Assembly (NCBI GenBank): GCA_039803745.1
Contig: JBDRZD010000031.1
Coordinates: 1-22,522 of the forward strand
Direction: 5' to 3'
Source of the DNA: a candidate division WOR-3 bacterium
GTDB lineage: Bacteria > Hydrothermota > Hydrothermia > Hydrothermales > Hydrothermaceae
DNA length: 22,522 nucleotides
The notes beneath the pieces are model-generated. The model did no database searches. It had not been told where the DNA came from and saw nothing but the letters and a program-made list of their open reading frames with translations. Positions 9,710-17,835 of this stretch are shown here, one piece after another. Positions within the stretch are counted from its first letter, which is position 1. Each line of letters starts with the position of its first letter. Made by a program: the position numbers and the translations under genes.

Positions 9710-10807
9710 TTATTTTGAAATTACTTCTTCAAATTTTAATACTTCATCTTCATCATTAAAAAAATGAGGAGAAACCCTTATATAACCATTTCTAAAAGAA
9801 ACAATTATATTCTTTTCAATCAATTTCTTATAAATTTCAAATATATTTTTAGATTTAAAAGATATTATCCCTGAAATTTGAGAAAATTTATCAGGAATTA
9901 CTTCAAAATTATTGATTTCCAAAATTTTTCTAATTTTTAAAATTAACCTTTTAACTTTTTTATAAATTTCATTTTTGCCGAGTTCAACAAATATTTTCAT
10001 ACTTTCATTAAATCCGAAAATGCCAAGTGAATTGAATGTTCCTTCTTCAAAGGATTGTGCTCCTTTTCTTTGAAGAGGTAAATCATCAAGATTAGAGAAA
10101 TTTTTCCAGTCAAGGGAAAGCCATCCTGTATATTTTTTATTCAATTTTTTAAAAGTTTCTGAATTTATGTAAATAAAACCTGTTCCATGGGGTGATAATA
10201 ACCATTTTGAGCCACCTGTTATGAAGAAATCTAAGGGAGTTTTTGATAAATTTAAAGGTAAAACACCTGCCCCTTGAATTCCATCAACAATAAAATATAT
10301 CTCATTTTCTTTACAAAATTCACCTATTTCCTTCAAATCAATAACATATCCCTTATAAAAATGAACCCAATCAATTAAAACTGCTTTTGTGTTTTTGTTT
10401 ATCTTCTTTTTCAAATTTTTAATTGGTTCTTTTGAAAAATCACACAATTTTATTTCATATCCTGAAAAAATTGAAGGAATCCTTATAGCAGGAAAAGAAT
10501 CTTCTTGCACGATTATATTATCATTTTTCTTAAAGGGGATTGATAAAAGGGAGAGTAAAATCCCATGGGATGTGTTTTTACAAAAAGCAATCTCCTCTTT
10601 TCTACATTCAAAAAAAAGGGCTATATTTTTTCTTAATTCTTCAAGAGCAGGCTTTAAAATTTTAAAATATTCAATTTCTCCTTCAAAACAAGAATATTTA
10701 GCCATTTCTTTTATTTTTTTATAAGAAGGATAGGGTAAAGGACCTGTTGATGCAGAGTTCAAATAAATATATTTTTTCTTTATAGGGAATAATTTTTTAA
10801 AATCCAT
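9710..10807 (-). CDS. Aminotransferase class V PLP-dependent enzyme
   Basis: YLNSASTG, NTSHG, VDGIQGAG, GGSKWLLSPHGTG (PLP lysine), FEEGT, IRVSPHFFN. Confidence 0.9.
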   Translation of the reverse strand: MDFKKLFPIKKKYIYLNSASTGPLPYPSYKKIKEMAKYSCFEGEIEYFKILKPALEELRKNIALFFECRKEEIAFCKNTSHGILLSLLSIPFKKNDNIIVQEDSFPAIRIPSIFSGYEIKLCDFSKEPIKNLKKKINKNTKAVLIDWVHFYKGYVIDLKEIGEFCKENEIYFIVDGIQGAGVLPLNLSKTPLDFFITGGSKWLLSPHGTGFIYINSETFKKLNKKYTGWLSLDWKNFSNLDDLPLQRKGAQSFEEGTFNSLGIFGFNESMKIFVELGKNEIYKKVKRLILKIRKILEINNFEVIPDKFSQISGIISFKSKNIFEIYKKLIEKNIIVSFRNGYIRVSPHFFNDEDEVLKFEEVISK

Positions 10808-10808
10808 T

Positions 10809-10837
10809 TTGATTTTTAATTATAAAGATTTTATAAT
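10809..10837 (+). promoter_or_regulatory. Putative sigma70 promoter for the YbhB/YbcL gene, overlapping a divergent -10 box
   Basis: TTGATT (10809-10814), 17 nt, TATAAT (10832-10837). A minus-strand TATAAT at 10819-10824 faces the class V gene. AT richness lowers specificity. Confidence 0.5.
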
Positions 10838-10863
10838 TTAAGTTTAAAATAAAGGAGGTGGGT

Positions 10864-11421
10864 ATGTTATTAAAATATGTTTTATCATTAATGGTTTTAT
10901 TTCTTGCCTGTCAGAAAGGGGTTAAAAAGGAAGAAAAAAAAGAAGTGAAGGAGGAAAAAATGAAAGAGATAAAAGTTGAAAGTGCTGCATTTGCCCATGA
11001 GGGTATGATACCAAAGAAATATACATGTGATGGAGAAAATATTTCTCCACCTTTAAAATGGGAAGGGATACCGGAAAATGCAAAAAGTATAGCAATTATA
11101 TGTGATGACCCTGACGCACCAATGGGCACATTTGTTCACTGGGTTCTTTATGATTTACCTGCTGATATAAATGAACTTCCAGAAGGCATTCCTCCAGAAA
11201 AAATTCTTGAAAATGGAGCAAAGCAGGGAATTAACGATTTCAGGAAAATAGGATATGGTGGTCCCTGTCCACCTTTTGGAACACATAGATATTTCTTTAA
11301 AATTTATGCTCTTGATACAGTATTGAATTTAGAGCCCGGATTAACAAAATCACAGCTTTTGAAAAAGATGGAAGGACATATAATTGCTTATGGAGAACTA
11401 ATGGGTAAATATAAAAGATAA
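10864..11421 (+). CDS. YbhB/YbcL family (PEBP/RKIP-like) protein, predicted lipoprotein
   Basis: KYTCDGENISPPL, DDPDAP, FVHWV, YGGPCPP, HRYFFKIYALD. Signal peptide ending FLA-C. AAGGAGGT at 10852-10859 favours ATG 10864 over GTG 10858. Confidence 0.9.
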   Translation: MLLKYVLSLMVLFLACQKGVKKEEKKEVKEEKMKEIKVESAAFAHEGMIPKKYTCDGENISPPLKWEGIPENAKSIAIICDDPDAPMGTFVHWVLYDLPADINELPEGIPPEKILENGAKQGINDFRKIGYGGPCPPFGTHRYFFKIYALDTVLNLEPGLTKSQLLKKMEGHIIAYGELMGKYKR

Positions 11422-11422
11422 T

Positions 11423-12394
11423 CTAACTTTTTTCTAATATCTTTTTATAATAATTTATCCTTTTCTCTAAATATTTTTTCTCATGCCATTTTGTTTTTTT
11501 AATAAAAGAAAGTGCTTCCTTTATATATTTTTTTGCAATTTCTTTATCACCGAGTAAATAATTTGTTTTTGCAAGCCAGTATCTTATTGAAGCCCTTTGA
11601 TAATAGGATTTTTTCTGGTTCTTTTCAATATCTTCATAAAGTTTAGAAAATACTTCCTTTGCCTTCTTCCATTCCCCATTTGCTGCATAGGCTCTTCCTA
11701 CCTGCCATAAGAGAATTCTTGAATCAGGAAAATCTTTATAAAGTTTTTCAGCCAACTCTAAAGCCTTATTTTTCTGCCTTTCTTTTATATAAACATATAT
11801 CAAAACACTTGCAGATAATGGCTTTATAAATTTGCCTTCTTTATAAGATATTTCAATCTGTTCAATACCTTTTTCTTTTCTTTCACCCTTTAAAATTTTT
11901 TCCCCAACATATTTCTGGATTATATGCGCTCCATAATTGTATATTCCGAGTGCAAGATACGAATCTTTTAAGAAAAAATTTTTTTCAATACATTCTGTGA
12001 ATAGATTGACTGATTCGAGTCCGAAATTCAAAGCATTTAAATAATCCTCTTTTTCACTTAGCCACATTGCCTTAAAAGCAAGGGCAGTTGCTTTACAAAA
12101 TTTTCCCCACAGAATATCCTCATTATGTTTTTCAGAAACTTCTGTTAACTTTTCAATTTCTTTTAAAAAAACTTTTTCAGAATCATATACTGCATAATCT
12201 TCAGTGAAATAGTATAAATATATTGTTCTTAAAAGAAAAGGTAATGGATCTTTTTCGTCAACTTTTTCTTTTAAAATTTTTATTCTTTCTCTTACTTCTT
12301 TGTAATCTTCATTTAAAAGATAATTTAAGGTAGAATCTATAAAAGAAGGATTTTCTTTTATAAATAAAGAGAGTAAAATTAAAAAAGTAATCAA
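11423..12394 (-). CDS. Tetratricopeptide-repeat protein, probably exported
   Basis: Helical repeats ([48 protein letters not shown]); short hydrophobic N-terminus; TTG start overlapping the dcd stop. Confidence 0.72.
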   Translation of the reverse strand: MITFLILLSLFIKENPSFIDSTLNYLLNEDYKEVRERIKILKEKVDEKDPLPFLLRTIYLYYFTEDYAVYDSEKVFLKEIEKLTEVSEKHNEDILWGKFCKATALAFKAMWLSEKEDYLNALNFGLESVNLFTECIEKNFFLKDSYLALGIYNYGAHIIQKYVGEKILKGERKEKGIEQIEISYKEGKFIKPLSASVLIYVYIKERQKNKALELAEKLYKDFPDSRILLWQVGRAYAANGEWKKAKEVFSKLYEDIEKNQKKSYYQRASIRYWLAKTNYLLGDKEIAKKYIKEALSFIKKTKWHEKKYLEKRINYYKKILEKS

Positions 12395-12945
12395 ATCCTT
12401 GGAAGGACTATTCCTTTCTGCTGTTGATATTTACCCTTTCTATCCTTATAGGAAATTTCACAGATATCATCAGACTCAATGAATATAACCTGGGCAATTC
12501 CTTCATTTGCATATATCTTTGCAGGCAAAGGTGTTGTATTTGAAATTTCAATTGTTATATGACCTTCCCATTCAGGCTCAAGAGGAGTAATATTTATCAC
12601 AATTCCACATCTTGCATAAGTTGATTTACCAATACATATTCCAATAACATTTCTTGGAATTCTGAAATATTCAACACTTCTTCCAAGGGCAAAGGAATTT
12701 GGTGGAATAACACAAACATCTCCTTTAAAATCTACAAAGGAACGGGGATCAAAATTCTTTGGGTCAACAATTGCAGAATATACATTTGTAAAGATTTTAA
12801 ATTCATCTGCAACCCTTATATCATAACCATAAGAAGAAACACCATAGGAGATAACTCCTTTTTGGACAAGGGAATCGCAAAATGGTTCTATCATTTTGTA
12901 TTCTTTTACCATTCTTCTTATCCACTTATCGTTTTTTACAGGCAT
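12391..12945 (-). CDS. dcd: dCTP deaminase
   Basis: [51 protein letters not shown]. Confidence 0.96.
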   Translation of the reverse strand: MPVKNDKWIRRMVKEYKMIEPFCDSLVQKGVISYGVSSYGYDIRVADEFKIFTNVYSAIVDPKNFDPRSFVDFKGDVCVIPPNSFALGRSVEYFRIPRNVIGICIGKSTYARCGIVINITPLEPEWEGHITIEISNTTPLPAKIYANEGIAQVIFIESDDICEISYKDRKGKYQQQKGIVLPRI

Positions 12946-12947
12946 TT

Positions 12948-14129
12948 TTAAAATATACTAAAATTATAAGAAATTGAAAGATTTGTAAAGAATCCTGACT
13001 CTTTTCCTGAAATTAAAAATGGTCCTTTAAAGAAAAGGTCTTTTACTAAAACTCCATCAATTCTGAATCCATCTTTAATAAAAGAAAGACCAAGTTCAAT
13101 GTTGAATTCTTCCTGGTCCATTATCTCATTTTTGAGACCGCTCATTTCATAATTTTTATCTTTCAAACTTCTTAAAAGGCTTTTTCTTATTCCGCCTCTT
13201 ATTTCAAAATGCTTACCAAGTTCCATTTCGCTTCCGAGAATGCCATTTAAATGAAAAGCATATAAACTTCCTTTCCTTTTTATAACTCCCGCTATCCTTG
13301 TAGTATCAATTTTTAAATAATTTGTATTTAATCCTGTGATAATTTTTAAATTTTCAAGGGGCTCAGTATAATATCCAATATTTATGTTAAATTCATCCCT
13401 CTTTTGCTCAAATTCAGAAATCGTTGCTCCTGTTCTTTCTTCATACTTTAGGGGATAAGAATAAAAATGAAATCCAAAAATAAAATTGGAATATTCAGTT
13501 AAATCCATAACATATCTTAAATTCAAACCATAAAAGGAATTTCCCTTTCCATCAATTGTATCTGCTATTACAAGTGTATAATATTCCTGATAAAAAGAAT
13601 TTAGTGAAAAATGTAAAGAAATATCAATATTTTTGTTTTCTGAGATTGAATAAGAAAGAGATGGCATGATTTCAATGTCCTTTGTTGAGAGTCTCGGAGA
13701 TTCTGGGAGAAGTGTATCTTCTTTCTTTTCGCTTACATATACAAAAGAAATCCCTGTGCCCAAATTAATTTTTTCACTTATGTTTTTTGCCCATAATATT
13801 TCAAATCCTCTTGATTCCTTCAATTCTTTTGAAGGATAGGAAATAATATGGGGATAAAAATAAGAAGGATAATTGTAAATAAAAGAGAAAGCACCAACTT
13901 TTTCAAATTTCATATTCACTCCTGCAAAAGAAATATACGGAAGGTTCTGAAGTGAGGAATCGGTAAATTCAATCCATAAGATATCAGGGAATTTAAGGAG
14001 GAGAGCAGGGTAAAGGTAGGTAAGGGATGGATCATATACAAAGTCTTTAACATTTCCAAAAGATTTTATCCTTGATTCAGATGCATATAAAAATAAAAAT
14101 CCTGTCAGTATATAAATTAATTTTTTCAT
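12948..14129 (-). CDS. Hypothetical outer-membrane beta-barrel protein
   Basis: True start is ATG 14129 (AAGGAGA at 14140-14134); signal peptide [16 protein letters not shown]; alternating amphipathic strands; C-terminal [10 protein letters not shown]. The ORF-track extension to 14177 runs into the tRNA. Confidence 0.7.
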   Translation of the reverse strand: MKKLIYILTGFLFLYASESRIKSFGNVKDFVYDPSLTYLYPALLLKFPDILWIEFTDSSLQNLPYISFAGVNMKFEKVGAFSFIYNYPSYFYPHIISYPSKELKESRGFEILWAKNISEKINLGTGISFVYVSEKKEDTLLPESPRLSTKDIEIMPSLSYSISENKNIDISLHFSLNSFYQEYYTLVIADTIDGKGNSFYGLNLRYVMDLTEYSNFIFGFHFYSYPLKYEERTGATISEFEQKRDEFNINIGYYTEPLENLKIITGLNTNYLKIDTTRIAGVIKRKGSLYAFHLNGILGSEMELGKHFEIRGGIRKSLLRSLKDKNYEMSGLKNEIMDQEEFNIELGLSFIKDGFRIDGVLVKDLFFKGPFLISGKESGFFTNLSISYNFSIF

Positions 14130-14153
14130 AAAATCTCCTTTTAAAAAATTAAA

Positions 14154-14227
14154 TGGGCCCAGGTGGACTCGAACCACCGACCTCGCGCTTATCAGGCGCG
14201 CGCTCTAACCACCTGAGCTATGGGCCC
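14154..14227 (-). tRNA. trnI: tRNA-Ile (anticodon GAT), CCA not encoded
   Basis: Reverse complement folds as GGGCCCA-TA-GCTC-AGGTGGTTA-GAGC-G-CGCGC-CTGATAA-GCGCG-AGGTC-GGTGG-TTCGAGT-CCACC-TGGGCCC-A (74 nt), followed by TTT. Confidence 0.97.
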
Positions 14228-14242
14228 AAAATTAAAAATAAA

Positions 14243-14272
14243 ATTATAAAGGAAAAAAATAGAGGAATTCAA
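14243..14272 (-). promoter_or_regulatory. Putative sigma70 promoter upstream of tRNA-Ile
   Basis: Minus strand TTGAAT (14272-14267), 18 nt, TATAAT (14248-14243), 15 nt before the tRNA 5' end. Confidence 0.5.
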
Positions 14273-14282
14273 AATTCAAACA

Positions 14283-15773
14283 TTACTTTAACAATTTTAT
14301 TTCAATTCTTCTATTCAATGCTCTTCCTTCTTCTGTTTCATTTGAAGCAACAGGTTTTGTATCTCCATAACCAACTGTTTTTATTCTTTCAGGCTCTATT
14401 TTAAATTTATTAACAATATATCTTTTAACTGCTTCAGCCCTTGCCTTTGAAAGTTCAAGATTTGATGGAAATTCAGGTGTTGATACAGGGACATTATCAG
14501 TATGACCTTCTATCTCTATTTTTAATTCAGGATTCATTAAAAGAATATTTCCGATTTCGTCAATGATTGGGTATGAAATTGGTATGATTTCTGCCTTTCC
14601 TGTTTCGAAATATATGTTGTGAATAATCAATTTTTGTTCTTTCTTAAACAATCCAAAATTTTCTTCTATTTTTCTTTCAGGTAGAACATTTGTTTCTTTT
14701 TCTTGAGAAAAATAAATTTTATTTTCAGGTATAACTTTTAGATGGTATTTACCTGCAGGAAGCCTCGGGATTGAATATTTTCCTTTTATTGTTTGGGATT
14801 CACCACTTATCTTACCTTCATAAATAACAACCGCATTTAAATCTTCACCTGTCTCTGCATCATAAACTCTTCCTTCTATGATTCCTTCATAAGGTCTTTT
14901 TTCAGGGGTTATTTTTATATGTTCAGGAATCAAAAATGAAGTTGATACCCTATGCGTAAGACCCAATTTACCATAATCAGCAAACGCATAATCAAATGTA
15001 ATATTTTTCCATCTTATTCCACCCCCAAATGTAAATTTATTTATTTCATCAATGAATCTATAACCCATCCTTAAAGCAACAACCTCTTTTATCCAGAATT
15101 CTATTCCTGTGTTTATATGATATCTTTTTCCGCGCGGGAAAGTTAGATCAAGGAAAATCCCTGAAAATTCTTTTATTCTTTGATAAATTCCTGTTTTTAT
15201 TTCAAAGGGCAATGGATAATTATAATTACCGTATTTCATATTCCATCCAAAATTTTTTATGACAAATCCAAATGATAAATCTTTACTTATCCTTGTTATA
15301 AAACCTAAATCAAAACATGCACCCATTCCTTCTACCTGAGGCAATCTTTCATAAAGGTATTTAAAGTTTATCCCAGGAATAAAATAGTTTGAGATGTAAC
15401 TTGAAAGCGAAAATTGAGCAACATAGGCAATTTGTTCTCCTTTTCCTGTATAATTTCCTTCTACATCCCTTAGTTCTATATCCTTTGTTCCTGAATATAA
15501 AAAACTTAATTCCGTATTTATATATTTTAACGGAATAAAAATTCCTGAATAGAAGTCTTTAAAATCCAGAAACCAGTGATTATATGAAAAAAATGCTCCT
15601 TTTTCCTTTACAAATGCATGTGATGCAGGATTCCACCATACACCTTGAATATCATTATAAATACCTGTGAAACTTTCTCCAAGAGCAGAAGGTCTTGCAC
15701 CTATCCCAACCCTTAAAAGAGGAAAAATAATTTCCCCTTGATTTAAAATCAATATAAGTATTATCTTTATCAT
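14283..15773 (-). CDS. PorV/PorQ-family (UPF0164/FadL-like) beta-barrel fused to a carboxypeptidase-regulatory-like domain and an OmpA C-terminal peptidoglycan-binding domain
   Basis: LRVGIGARPSALGESF...WWNPAS hatch motif; barrel end FDYAFADYGKLGLTHRVS; IEGRVYDAETGEDL...GKYSIPRLPAGKYHL; OmpA IYFETGKA, IEGHTD, NLELSKARAEAV, GYGDTKPVASN, GRALNRRIE. Confidence 0.85.
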   Translation of the reverse strand: MIKIILILILNQGEIIFPLLRVGIGARPSALGESFTGIYNDIQGVWWNPASHAFVKEKGAFFSYNHWFLDFKDFYSGIFIPLKYINTELSFLYSGTKDIELRDVEGNYTGKGEQIAYVAQFSLSSYISNYFIPGINFKYLYERLPQVEGMGACFDLGFITRISKDLSFGFVIKNFGWNMKYGNYNYPLPFEIKTGIYQRIKEFSGIFLDLTFPRGKRYHINTGIEFWIKEVVALRMGYRFIDEINKFTFGGGIRWKNITFDYAFADYGKLGLTHRVSTSFLIPEHIKITPEKRPYEGIIEGRVYDAETGEDLNAVVIYEGKISGESQTIKGKYSIPRLPAGKYHLKVIPENKIYFSQEKETNVLPERKIEENFGLFKKEQKLIIHNIYFETGKAEIIPISYPIIDEIGNILLMNPELKIEIEGHTDNVPVSTPEFPSNLELSKARAEAVKRYIVNKFKIEPERIKTVGYGDTKPVASNETEEGRALNRRIEIKLLK

Positions 15774-17835
15774 CTCTTCACCGATGTTTTTTTAGTTATT
15801 GTTTTTTTAATTTTTTCACCTTTAAATTCAAAAACATATATATAAACACCCGGTGCTACATAATTTCCTTTTTCATTTTTACCATTCCAGTAAATTATAT
15901 GTTTTCCCCTTTTTAAAGGTTTATTTTTAAATAAAGTTATTATTTTTTCACCAAGCCTTGAATAAACTTCAAGGTTCCCTTTACCATCCTCAGGAACTGA
16001 TATGAAAAAGTTTGTCCCTCTTTTTGAATCAAAGGGTGATTCATAGTTGAATATATAAAGTGGTGGTATTAAATTTATCTTTATTTTTGCTGAATCATAA
16101 AGGGTATTATAAGAATAAAGATAACCCTTTAATCTTATTATACATATATCCTCTGTATCGGAAATTGAATAATTGAATTCAGGTGCTCTTAAATATATTG
16201 AGAAATAATTTTTATTTGAAGGCTCACATACCCCGAGATCTATATTCCCATTATGATTGTTATCAATTAAGGGATTTAATCCCTGTGAATCCCTTAATTC
16301 TATATTTAAATTAGCCCCTGAAAATGAGTATTCCAATTCAATATAATCATTTGAATTGCCCTGAAATAAAGAATAAAGATTTATTAAGAAAGAGGAATTA
16401 TATGGAATAGAAATCTCTGTATCAGGCTCAAGAATTATTGAATAAAATACTTTTTTAACCTGTGTAAATAAATTTGCATTATCCCATACAGATGGGTTAT
16501 TTGTAGAACTTGCCCTTATTATTGCAACATCATTATCCTCCGAACTTGCATTTTGAGGAATATCAACATTCACATAAATTTTTTGAAAAGCAAGAGGTGC
16601 CAAAATAACATCCTGATAACCATCATTGTTGTTATCATTTAATGGCATATTTGTTAAACTATCATATATAATCCTTTCAGCCCAGTTGCTTTGAAGAACA
16701 TAAACATTTATTATATCCTGGGAGTTGCCTGAATTTATAACTTTTAAATAATACCTGATTTTTTCTCCAGGAGCCCCTTCCTTCTGCTGGTCAGGCTCTA
16801 TATAAACTGCTGCAGAAACTTTAACCTCTGTTATTATCCTCGCTGAATCAGAAATACTTAAATTGTTTGATACCCCCTTAATAAAAGCAGTATCACGAAT
16901 ACCACCAGATGAATTTTCAGGAATTGAAATCTCAAAAATTATAAATCCTGTATCTTTTGCAGGCACATATATTTTATTTATTAAATTACCAAGTGTATCA
17001 GTTATCCTCGCATTCCAGTTCTGATTATGATGGAATGAAAGATTTATCGTATCAATACTTTCTTGATTGTTTATAACTCTTAATCTATATTTTAAATTAT
17101 CACCCGGATTTCCATAAGAAAAAGTGTCAGGCTCAACTAAAAGATAGGGCATATGATATAAATAGGTCATTACAAGCGCAGAATCATAAATTGAGTTAAT
17201 CCAGGAAGACCTCGCAATCACCTTTGTTAAATTCTGTGAATCAGGTGTTGCAGGTAATGGAGTAACCCATAAAATTATTTTTACAGTATCCTTTGGAAAA
17301 GTTTTTACAAAGTTTATTATTTGAGAACCCGTTGAATCTGTTATATAAGAAATATAACCTGAAGAACTGTTTGTATAAGATAATAAAATTGAATCTTTAA
17401 ATTCACCTGTATTTATTACCCTTAAAGGGTAGGGGATTGTAACACCGGGAACTGTAACACCTTCTGTATCAGGCTCAATCTTTAATGAAATATTACCTGT
17501 TATTTTTGTTATTATCCTTGCAGAATCCCTCTTTAAAGGATTTGAAATTAAATACCCTTTTATATACGTTGTATCACATTCAAATGGCGAAGGATACTCA
17601 GGTGAATATATTTTTAAATTAAAATCAAATGTATCATTCGGAATTAATAAAATCGTATCTATTAAATTGCCAAGTGTATCAGTCAATTTCACAAACCACC
17701 CCGGATGCGTATTTGATGTAAAAAGATAAACAAGTTCATTTGTTTCACCTGTATAAACTGCCTTTACTTTATAAATAACTGAATCCTTTGGATGAACATA
17801 AGAAGATGTATCAGGAAAAATATTCAATAGAGATG
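15770..17835. repeat. Direct repeat copy 1 (2,066 bp)
   Basis: Matches 20108-22173 at constant offset 4,338. Flanks differ immediately (a15769 vs t20107; a17836 vs g22174). The 687 encoded residues are identical and no nucleotide mismatch was seen by eye. Confidence 0.95.

Noticed and set aside
9700..9715. Intrinsic terminators at the convergent junctions (9706/9710 and 11421/11423)
   Set aside because: The gaps are only 3 and 1 nt and I found no convincing GC-rich hairpin with a U-tract.
14130..14177. N-terminal extension of the barrel ORF in the ORF track
   Set aside because: It overlaps the tRNA; a good SD and signal peptide mark ATG 14129.
14154..14227. tRNA as an integration site for the surface-protein cluster
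   Set aside because: No duplicated tRNA 3' end and no integrase in the window, and the cluster lies on the tRNA's 5' side.
14153..14404. 83-aa + strand ORF (MGPGGLEPPTSRLSGARSNHLSY...)
   Set aside because: It is the antisense translation of tRNA-Ile plus the OmpA gene end, a classic spurious ORF.
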